In this document: in pieces, positions 28,825-36,509 of the stretch | Numbering within the stretch: position 1 is the first letter of the stretch | Layout: each line of letters begins with the position of its first letter | NCBI GenBank assembly: GCA_045590135.1 | Contig: JAZNQK010000035.1 | Coordinates: forward strand, 21,833 to 85,832 | Source: Faecousia sp. | GTDB taxonomy: Bacteria > Bacillota > Clostridia > Oscillospirales > Oscillospiraceae | Direction of reading: 5' to 3' | Length of the DNA stretch: 64,000 bases | Notes under the pieces: generated by a model | Seen by the model: only the letters and a program-made list of their open reading frames with translations | What the model was told of the DNA's origin: nothing | Databases searched by the model: none | Position numbers and translations under genes: made by a program

Positions 28825-30056
28825 TGCATTGCGGCTTATTGGGTGAAAAGCTGTCTCACAGCTATTCCCCACAGATACACAGTTATTTAGGTGACTATAC
28901 ATATGCATTATTTGAAAAATCGCCTGAGGAAGTGGAAAGCTTTCTGAAGAGCGATTCCTTTCACGGGCTGAATGTTACGATCCCGTATAAAAAGACGGCT
29001 GCAGCGTATTGTGATACCCTCACCCCCATCGCCCGGGAGCTTAACTCTGTGAATACCATTGTCAGAAAACCCGACGGAACACTGATCGGTCATAACACAG
29101 ACTACTTTGGCTTTTCCTATTTGCTCAGGCACAGCGGTCTTTGTGTCAGCGGAAAGAAGGTTCTTGTTCTTGGCAGCGGTGGCTCCGGCGTAACTGCTGT
29201 TTCTGTCCTGAAAAATGCTGGCGCAGATGTGATCATTATCTCCAGAACCGGCCAAAACAACTACACTAACCTGCATCTGCATAATGATGCTGCTGTAATC
29301 GTAAACACCACTCCGGTTGGAATGTATCCAAATAACGGTGCCTCGCCCATTGATCTGGATCTGTTTCCATATTTAGAAGGTGTCCTGGACATCATCTACA
29401 ACCCGGCAAGAACAAGATTACTCCTGGATGCCCAAAAGCGCGGTTTAACTGCGGACAACGGCTTGAGAATGCTGATCGCACAGGCAAAGGAAAGTGCGCA
29501 GTGGTTTACAGGCAGGGAAATCGATGACATCTGTATTGAAGCCATTTACCGTATATTGAAGCGTCAAATGGAAAACATCATTCTGATCGGTATGCCCGGA
29601 TGTGGAAAATCTACCATTGGTCAGCTTTTGGCAAAAGAGCTTGACCGCGTATTTGCAGATGCTGACAGCTATATTGAGAAAGCAGCCAAAACCACGATTC
29701 CTGCCATTTTCGCAGCAGGTGGTGAACCTGCCTTTCGAAGGATCGAAACGGATGTGCTGCATGATCTCGGGAAGCGATCCTCGTTGGTGATCTCTACCGG
29801 CGGTGGCTGTGTGACCCAACCTGTAAACTATGACCTACTGCATCAAAACGGCACGATCATTTGGCTACAAAGGGACTTGAGCCTGCTTCCCACAGACGGA
29901 AGACCTCTTTCCCAGCAAAACGATCTTGCGACCATGTATCAGGTACGCAAACCCATGTACGAAGCATTTGCAAACCACATTATCCAAAACGATGCAGACC
30001 CACAGACTGTATCAAAAAGAATCATCCAAACCATATATGAGGAGGCTGTACGATGA
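28824..30056 (+). CDS. aroE: Shikimate dehydrogenase - shikimate kinase fusion (AroE-AroK)
   Basis: HSYSPQIH, NVTIPYK, NTDYFGF, NTTPVGM, then IGMPGCGKST, STGGG, RPL. Confidence 0.92.
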   Translation: MHCGLLGEKLSHSYSPQIHSYLGDYTYALFEKSPEEVESFLKSDSFHGLNVTIPYKKTAAAYCDTLTPIARELNSVNTIVRKPDGTLIGHNTDYFGFSYLLRHSGLCVSGKKVLVLGSGGSGVTAVSVLKNAGADVIIISRTGQNNYTNLHLHNDAAVIVNTTPVGMYPNNGASPIDLDLFPYLEGVLDIIYNPARTRLLLDAQKRGLTADNGLRMLIAQAKESAQWFTGREIDDICIEAIYRILKRQMENIILIGMPGCGKSTIGQLLAKELDRVFADADSYIEKAAKTTIPAIFAAGGEPAFRRIETDVLHDLGKRSSLVISTGGGCVTQPVNYDLLHQNGTIIWLQRDLSLLPTDGRPLSQQNDLATMYQVRKPMYEAFANHIIQNDADPQTVSKRIIQTIYEEAVR

Positions 30057-30484
30057 AGATCCTTGTGATCAACGGCCCAAATATCAATATGCTGGGCATT
30101 CGTGAACCGGATATTTATGGCAGGAAAACCTTTCAGGATCTACTGGCACTCCTTAGTGCGGCGGCTGATGAATTACAGATCACCGTAGATCAATATCAAT
30201 CCAATCACGAGGGAGACCTTGTAGACAAGATCCAAAGTGCTTACGGTGTTTATAACGGCATCGTCATTAATCCTGCGGCCTACACCCACACATCCGTGGC
30301 AATTTTGGATGCACTGAAATCCGTTGGTATTCCTGCCGTGGAAGTCCATATCTCCGATGTGGATTCCAGAGAGCCGTTCCGTCAGATCTCTTATGCCGGT
30401 ATGGCTTGTGTAAAGACCATAAAAGGTCACGGCCTTGACGGTTATGTCGAAGCGATCCAATACTTATTCAACAATTATTCCTGA
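30053..30484 (+). CDS. aroQ: Type II 3-dehydroquinate dehydratase
   Basis: NGPNINMLGIREPDIYG, QSNHEG, NPAAYTHTS, EVHIS. Confidence 0.96.
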   Translation: MKILVINGPNINMLGIREPDIYGRKTFQDLLALLSAAADELQITVDQYQSNHEGDLVDKIQSAYGVYNGIVINPAAYTHTSVAILDALKSVGIPAVEVHISDVDSREPFRQISYAGMACVKTIKGHGLDGYVEAIQYLFNNYS

Positions 30485-30500
30485 TAAGGAGGTAAAGCTT

Positions 30501-31409
30501 ATGATCGATACAACTTTTCCAAAATGCACTGTACCAGCCGAGGAAGTTGCCCGAGTGAAAGGTTTAGGATTCCTCCGCGACAAAAACACTCCGGACTGCT
30601 TTAATTGCCGTGTGATCACCAGAAACGGCAAGATCACAACAAAAGAGGTTGGTATTATTGCCGCTGCTGCAGAGAAATTCGGATCCGGTGAGATTGCAAT
30701 GACCACTCGTCTGACAATCGAAATTCAGAAAATCCCGTATGGCAATATTGAACCACTGTGTTCTTATCTCAAGGAAAATGGAATGCAGCCCGGTGGTACC
30801 GGTCCCAAGGTTCGTCCTGTGGTTTCCTGCAAAGGCACTACCTGCCAGTACGGACTGATCGATACTTTTGCCCTTTCTGAGCAGATACACAAAAGATTTT
30901 ATGAAGGTTATCACAGTGTTAAGCTTCCTCATAAATTCAAGATTGCCGTTGGCGGATGCCCCAACAACTGTGTAAAACCAGATCTGAACGATATCGGAAT
31001 CATCGGCCAGCGTGTTCCGGTGGTTGATGAGGATGCCTGCAAGGGCTGCAAAAAATGCGCCATTGAAGCCGGTTGCCCCATTCAGGCTGCAAAGCTGATT
31101 GACGGAAAAATCAGCATTCCCGCTGATGAATGCAATAGCTGCGGCCGTTGCTTCCGGAAGTGCCCCTTCCACGCATTTGATAACTGCATTACCGGTTACC
31201 GGGTTTATATTGGCGGCCGCTGGGGAAAAAAGGTTGCCCGTGGCACTCCTCTGACCAAACTCTTTACCACAGAAGAGGAAGTATTGAATGTTGTGGAAAA
31301 AGCGATCATTCTTTTCCGGGATCAGGGCATTGCCGGCGAGCGTTTTGCTGACACTATCGCCCGCCTTGGCTTTGAGAATGTCCAGTCCCAGCTGATTGAA
31401 ACAAAATGA
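30501..31409 (+). CDS. Nitrite/sulfite-reductase-like protein (siroheme/4Fe-4S motif plus ferredoxin domain, AsrC-like)
   Basis: CKGTTCQYG...LPHKFKIAVGGCPNNC; CKGCKKC...CP and CNSCGRC...CP; IGGRWGK; ERFADTI. Confidence 0.8.
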   Translation: MIDTTFPKCTVPAEEVARVKGLGFLRDKNTPDCFNCRVITRNGKITTKEVGIIAAAAEKFGSGEIAMTTRLTIEIQKIPYGNIEPLCSYLKENGMQPGGTGPKVRPVVSCKGTTCQYGLIDTFALSEQIHKRFYEGYHSVKLPHKFKIAVGGCPNNCVKPDLNDIGIIGQRVPVVDEDACKGCKKCAIEAGCPIQAAKLIDGKISIPADECNSCGRCFRKCPFHAFDNCITGYRVYIGGRWGKKVARGTPLTKLFTTEEEVLNVVEKAIILFRDQGIAGERFADTIARLGFENVQSQLIETK

Positions 31410-32338
31410 CTTGTATTAAAAAATACATACCGATACTGGTCATCGTAATCATTATCAGCCTGCTTACCGGCTGCACACAAGATGATCCCGGTACACCTGT
31501 CATAACAGTCACAGACTCTGCCGGTGCAACGATTGCCCTGGAAAAGGCACCGAAGCGTGTTGCTGTCTTGTTTTCTTCTCTGGCAGATATATGGATCAGC
31601 GCTGGCGGCAGCATTGATATAACAGTAAAAGAAAGTATTGAGCGAGGTTTCGCTGATAACTCTGTCATTTTGGTGGATTCCGGTGCCGGTAAAAGCATTG
31701 ATACCGAGGCGTTGATCGCCGCTCAACCGGATCTGGTGATCGCATCGGCGGATGTGCCTGCGCAATGCGCCGCAGTCCGTTTGTGTAAAGATGCGGGAAT
31801 ACCGGCAGGTGTTTTTCGGGTGGAGAGCTTTGAAGACTATTTGCAAGTTTTGAAAACCTTCACTCAAATCACCGGTAATACGGAAAATTATCAAAAATAC
31901 GGTGCCGATCTTGAAACGCAGATTCAAACACTGATTGAAAACTTTCGTTCATCGGAGAACACCCCCAGTGTTTTGTTTATTCGAAGCGGATCATCTGAGC
32001 GGTCTATGAAAGCAAAATCCACCAAGGATCATTTTGCCTGCAGAATGCTAAATGAATTGGGTGCTGTCAACATTGCGGATTTCGCACCTATACTGCTGGA
32101 CGGTCTCAGCGTAGAAGAGATTCTGCATCGCGATCCGGATTATATTCTCATCAGCACTATGGGAGATGAAACGGCTGCTATCGAATATACCCGGAGTGTA
32201 TTCTCCCAGCCGCAATGGCAAGCATTGCAGGCGGTACAAAACGAAAATGTTATATACCTGTCAAAGGATCTGTTTCAATATAAACCAAATGCTAATTGGG
32301 CGCAGGCTTATCTGGAACTGATCGACATACTGCAATAA
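31406..32338 (+). CDS. ABC substrate-binding lipoprotein, BtuF/FecB class (corrinoid/heme/siderophore)
   Basis: Lipobox LTGC; VTDSAG..PKRV, EALIAAQPDLVI, EEILHRDPDYI, WQALQAVQN. Confidence 0.85.
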   Translation: MTCIKKYIPILVIVIIISLLTGCTQDDPGTPVITVTDSAGATIALEKAPKRVAVLFSSLADIWISAGGSIDITVKESIERGFADNSVILVDSGAGKSIDTEALIAAQPDLVIASADVPAQCAAVRLCKDAGIPAGVFRVESFEDYLQVLKTFTQITGNTENYQKYGADLETQIQTLIENFRSSENTPSVLFIRSGSSERSMKAKSTKDHFACRMLNELGAVNIADFAPILLDGLSVEEILHRDPDYILISTMGDETAAIEYTRSVFSQPQWQALQAVQNENVIYLSKDLFQYKPNANWAQAYLELIDILQ

Positions 32339-32358
32339 TTACAAAGGAGTGATGCTCG

Positions 32359-33375
32359 GTGGATGTGCTGAATAAAAAGAACTATCCTTTTTTTCGCCAA
32401 ACACGGGGCATCCTTTTATTATTGCTATTACTGATACTTTCCGCTGCAGCCGGTTGTCTTTTCGGCAGCACAGCAATGAATATCACGGATTTCATTAACG
32501 GTCTGTTGAAGAAATCCGGTTATTCAAATGCAAGTATTATCCTCTATTATGTGCGGATCCCAAGGGTATTTGCGGCTATTTTAGCCGGTATCGGTCTGTC
32601 CGTATCCGGTGTGCTGCTGCAGACTATAACGGCAAACCCCCTGTCAGGGCCAAATATAATCGGTGTGAACGCCGGTGCAGGATTTGCCTGCGCACTTACA
32701 TTGTCCTTTTTCCCTGCAGCAGTCTCGGCACTGCCCCTACTTGCATTTATTGGTGCATTTTTCACAACTGCAATCATTTTAGCTGTCGCTAACCGTGTCA
32801 ATGCACATTCCGGAACGCTGGTTCTTGCGGGAATTGCCTGTACCACTCTGCTGAATGCCTGCATCTCTTTTTTAACAAGGCTTGATCCGGATGTGCTCAT
32901 ATCCTATAACGCATTTTCTGTGGGTGGCCTTAGCGGTGTGACCTATGACCAGTTGATTATCCCCGGAATTATTATCGCCATCTGCTTGATTCTGTCCTTA
33001 GTATTTTCCAGACAAATACATTGCCTTTGTCTTGGAAATACCATTGCCCACTCTCTCGGAGTCAACACAGTCGCTATTCGGCTGCTATGTGCTGTTTGCG
33101 CATCTGCTTCTGCAGCTGCTGTAGTAAGCTATGCCGGCCTTTTAGGCTTCGTGGGATTGGTCGTTCCGCATATAGCAAGAAGGCTCTGCGGCGAATCTAC
33201 AGCCCCATTACTGATAGTTTCGTCGCTGATTGGCGGGATCCTGGTGATCCTTGCAGATCTAATTGGTCGAACAGTCCTGTCCCCCACAGAGATCTCTGTT
33301 GGCATTGTAATGGCATTTATAGGCGCACCTTTCCTCTTCATACTGCTTATGAAACGGAGGAAAGCCTATGATTGA
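32359..33375 (+). CDS. ABC permease, FecCD/BtuC family
   Basis: RIPRV, QTITANPLSGPNIIGVNAGA, GFVGLVVPHIAR, ADLIGR, GAPF. Confidence 0.9.
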   Translation: MDVLNKKNYPFFRQTRGILLLLLLLILSAAAGCLFGSTAMNITDFINGLLKKSGYSNASIILYYVRIPRVFAAILAGIGLSVSGVLLQTITANPLSGPNIIGVNAGAGFACALTLSFFPAAVSALPLLAFIGAFFTTAIILAVANRVNAHSGTLVLAGIACTTLLNACISFLTRLDPDVLISYNAFSVGGLSGVTYDQLIIPGIIIAICLILSLVFSRQIHCLCLGNTIAHSLGVNTVAIRLLCAVCASASAAAVVSYAGLLGFVGLVVPHIARRLCGESTAPLLIVSSLIGGILVILADLIGRTVLSPTEISVGIVMAFIGAPFLFILLMKRRKAYD

Positions 33376-34120
33376 GTGCAAAAATATAACGGTCACACGC
33401 CACGGCAAAACGATACTCCATAGCGTTTCCTGTGATATCCCCATGCAAAAATTTACAGCGATCATCGGTAAAAACGGCTCTGGAAAAACTACCCTTGCCA
33501 ACTGCATTTGCAATCAAACCCGGTACACCGGCAATATTCTGATCGATGCGGTAGACATCTCAACAGTTTCAAGCAATGCGCTTTCCGAAAAACTTGCATA
33601 TCTTCCTCAGGACTTGCCAGTGCCTGCCGTTACGGTGGAAGAATTGGTCAGCTTTGGCAGAATGCCTTATTTAGGTCTGCAGAAGAAGCTGACAGCAGAT
33701 GATCGCAAGGCGATCTGTGATGCAATTTCCAAAACACAAATGCAGCCGTTCAGTCTTAGGCGCATTTCAAGCCTGTCCGGCGGCGAAAGACAAAAAGCAC
33801 ATCTTGCAAGGATCCTCGCCCAGGAAACGGAAATTTTGGTTCTTGACGAGCCAACCGCCTCTATGGACGCAGCTTCGCAGCTGCAATTTCTTATGTTACT
33901 GAAAGAACTGTCTAATAATGGAAAAACCGTTGTTGCTATACTACACGATCTTTCTCTTGTAGCCGCCTTGGCCGATCACATCATTATTATGGATTCGGGT
34001 GAATGCGTGTTTTCAGATAGTACCGATACTTGTCTTTCCCTGCAAAAAATTGAGCGCATATTCAATGTAAGGCGCTACACGATCCAAAATAATAGCAAAA
34101 GTGAAATATTCTTCAGATAA
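33368..34120 (+). CDS. ABC ATP-binding protein, FecE/BtuD family
   Basis: GKNGSGKTT, LSGGERQK, LVLDEPT, LHDL. Confidence 0.9.
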   Translation: MIECKNITVTRHGKTILHSVSCDIPMQKFTAIIGKNGSGKTTLANCICNQTRYTGNILIDAVDISTVSSNALSEKLAYLPQDLPVPAVTVEELVSFGRMPYLGLQKKLTADDRKAICDAISKTQMQPFSLRRISSLSGGERQKAHLARILAQETEILVLDEPTASMDAASQLQFLMLLKELSNNGKTVVAILHDLSLVAALADHIIIMDSGECVFSDSTDTCLSLQKIERIFNVRRYTIQNNSKSEIFFR

Positions 34121-34151
34121 AAAAGACGAAGTCTCACGACCTCGTCTTTTT
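34120..34151. terminator. Bidirectional terminator ending the aro/ABC operon
   Basis: AAAAAGACGAAGTC-TCAC-GACCTCGTCTTTTT. Confidence 0.7.
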
Positions 34152-34649
34152 ATCATTTCTGTAGCAATATGTTTTGCTTCGGTGATTCACGCTCCCATCC
34201 AAAAAAACGGCACAGTCAGATATGACCTTAAACCCGTTGTTCATATGTGTTTTAATGGATGCAATATTGGAATTTGCAATATGAGAGTATATTGGTAGCA
34301 GTGCATTTGATTCACAGTATTCTATTGCAGATCTCATTAGCTTTGATGCGTACCCCTTTTGGCGCAAATAGGCGGCAGTTTCCAAGCCTGTCAGTAAAAA
34401 ACCATCACGATACCGCTCAAGGCGTAGTGCGCAGCAATACCTGCCGTCTACCACCCAAACCGCACAGAAGTTACCGTCTTCATATAAAAAACTGCGTAAA
34501 TAGTCGTAAAAATCCTGCTGCGCAGTAAGCATTGCGCCTGACGGTACCGCACCATATCTGTCTGTAAAATCATCTGCGTAAGACTGCTCATATATGTCAA
34601 AGAGTTGCTGCAGATCTGCCTCACCAATACATCGAATGATTTTAAGCAT
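34134..34649 (-). CDS. GNAT family N-acetyltransferase
   Basis: LETAAYLRQKGYASKL (motif A), NIASIKTHMNNGF (motif B); GAGG RBS. Confidence 0.8.
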   Translation of the reverse strand: MLKIIRCIGEADLQQLFDIYEQSYADDFTDRYGAVPSGAMLTAQQDFYDYLRSFLYEDGNFCAVWVVDGRYCCALRLERYRDGFLLTGLETAAYLRQKGYASKLMRSAIEYCESNALLPIYSHIANSNIASIKTHMNNGFKVISDCAVFLDGSVNHRSKTYCYRNDKKTRS

Positions 34650-34683
34650 AAGTACCTACCTCAAAGTAATTTTGCTTATATGG

Positions 34684-34712
34684 ATGCTATCATATCGGGA
34701 TAGCAATGTCAA
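34684..34712 (-). promoter_or_regulatory. Sigma-A promoter of the GNAT gene
   Basis: TTGACA-N17-TAGCAT with extended TG. Confidence 0.55.
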
Positions 34713-34840
34713 TGGATGAAGGGATTCCTGCATCCTGAACCGCAGCAAATCATCCTCATTGACAGATATCTTAGTTCTCCGATATGGATCTTTCTTTTAC
34801 TTAGTTACCATAATGATAAATAAACACAATATGCAATTAG

Positions 34841-34915
34841 TTATACACACATTCCACAGACTTTTCCACAGGGTCAGCCACCAATTGATTGATATAAAGT
34901 AATTACTTTTACACA
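34841..34915 (+). promoter_or_regulatory. Cluster of DnaA-box-like 9-mers
   Basis: TTATACACA 34841, TTTTCCACA 34862 and TTTTACACA 34907 match TTWTNCACA; CATTCCACA 34850 is degenerate. Confidence 0.5.
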
Positions 34916-35017
34916 CTTTTATGTAAAAGTCAAACATTTTCCGTCATTATTTCGTAAGTTACTCGGTAGACATAATTGAATTTTTTCATTTTTGTATGAA
35001 TATTGTCAGAACGCAAA

Positions 35018-35053
35018 AATAATGCAGGAGCAAGCAAATGCTCCTGCATTATT
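35018..35053 (-). terminator. Terminator after tsaD
   Basis: AATAATGCAGGAGCA/TGCTCCTGCATTATT stem, T-rich run on the minus strand. Confidence 0.8.
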
Positions 35054-36068
35054 ATAGCGCTTCACCAAGGATGGACTTTGTTGCATATGCATTTAAGGAC
35101 ATATCTGCGATGTTACCGGCCAGATACTCATAATAAGCCTGCGCACCGATCATTGCCGCATTATCGCCGCAAAGGGAAAGCGGCGGCAAATAAACATCCG
35201 CGCCCAATTTCGCAGCTTCGCGCAGAATATCGCTGCGGATCCGGGAATTTGCCGCAACACCGCCGGCGACCGCTAATTTTTTATAACCGCACTTATTAAG
35301 AGCCATCATCGTTCTTGGAACAAGATTATCAGAAACCGCAGCGCAGAAGCCGGCACACAAGCTGTTGATATCTAATGTATCCCCTACTTGCTCAGCATGA
35401 TGAATTAAATTCAGCGCAGCAGTTTTGAGACCGGAAAAGCTCATATCAAAAGGATTCACACCGGGTTTTGAGCGAGGAAGAATATACTTCTGATCATCAC
35501 CCTGTTTTGCAGCGCGATCCAGCGCCGCACCGCCGGGATAAGGCATTCCCAGCACTCTGCCAACCTTGTCAAAACACTCCCCTGCTGCATCGTCAAGTGT
35601 CGTACCAAGGATCTCCATTTTGGTATAGTCCTGCACATCCACGATCATTGTGTGCCCACCGGATACGACCAAGCAGAGAAATGGCGGCTCAAGCTCCGGA
35701 TATGCCAGGTAGTTTGCCGCAATATGCCCGCGAATGTGATGCACGGGGATCAGCGGCTTATTCAGTGCCATTGCAGCCGCTTTCGCAAAATTAACACCAA
35801 CCAGCACCGCGCCGATCAGGCCCGGCGCATAGGTAACTGCAACGGCGTCAATATCCTTGCGCTGCAGATTTGCCTTCTGTAAAGCCTGATCCGCAAGGGG
35901 GTAAATGGCCTCGATGTGTTTTCTGGACGCGATCTCCGGTACAACACCGCCATAGATCCGGTGAAGATCTACCTGCGATGCAATGCAATCAGAAAGTACC
36001 TTTCTTCCATCCGCAACAACAGCAACAGCCGTTTCGTCACAGGATGATTCAATTGCTAAAATATTCAA
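35052..36068 (-). CDS. tsaD: tRNA N6-adenosine threonylcarbamoyltransferase
   Basis: IESSCDET, GGVVPEIASRKH, HHIRGH, SGGHT, DDAAGECFDK, DNAAMI. Confidence 0.97.
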   Translation of the reverse strand: MNILAIESSCDETAVAVVADGRKVLSDCIASQVDLHRIYGGVVPEIASRKHIEAIYPLADQALQKANLQRKDIDAVAVTYAPGLIGAVLVGVNFAKAAAMALNKPLIPVHHIRGHIAANYLAYPELEPPFLCLVVSGGHTMIVDVQDYTKMEILGTTLDDAAGECFDKVGRVLGMPYPGGAALDRAAKQGDDQKYILPRSKPGVNPFDMSFSGLKTAALNLIHHAEQVGDTLDINSLCAGFCAAVSDNLVPRTMMALNKCGYKKLAVAGGVAANSRIRSDILREAAKLGADVYLPPLSLCGDNAAMIGAQAYYEYLAGNIADMSLNAYATKSILGEAL

Positions 36069-36071
36069 CCT

Positions 36072-36509
36072 TCACCACTCCTTTCGCAGGATCAGTGCTG
36101 CTTCCTTCGGCTTTTGATAGTAATTGGGACGCAATCCAACTTGCGAAAACCCCATATTTTCATAAAGCATAACCGCAGGCAAATTGGACTGGCGGACCTC
36201 TAAAGTCAAAGAATGGATATCCAGGCTCTGCAGCTGAGCGACCAGCTCTGCGACCAAAGCTTTTCCAATACCGTTTCTGCGATACGCCGGTGCAACTGCT
36301 AAATTCATCATATCCGCTTCGCCGTAGCCGTACTGACTGCCCACATATCCTATGACTTTCCCCTGCTCCACCGCTACAAGCCAAATAGATATTTGATTCG
36401 TCAGCTCGTGAATGATCGCGTTCTCACTCCAGGGGCAACTAAAGCAAATCTGTTCCAGCGCAGCAACCTGAGCAGTATGCTCAGCTTTCATTTTTGTTAT
36501 AACCATCAT
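36072..36509 (-). CDS. rimI: Ribosomal protein S18 alanine N-acetyltransferase
   Basis: FSCPWS, NLAVAPAYRRNGIG, LEVRQSN, RPNYY; adjacent to tsaD. Confidence 0.92.
   Translation of the reverse strand: MMVITKMKAEHTAQVAALEQICFSCPWSENAIIHELTNQISIWLVAVEQGKVIGYVGSQYGYGEADMMNLAVAPAYRRNGIGKALVAELVAQLQSLDIHSLTLEVRQSNLPAVMLYENMGFSQVGLRPNYYQKPKEAALILRKEW

Noticed and set aside
34902-34930. dif/Xer site (TTATGTAAA resembles the XerD arm)
   Set aside because: The left arm and the 6-bp spacer geometry do not fit ATAA-N6-TTAT; kept only as a palindrome.
34650-35050. oriC
   Set aside because: No dnaA, dnaN or gidA context and only 3-4 boxes; GC skew could not be computed.
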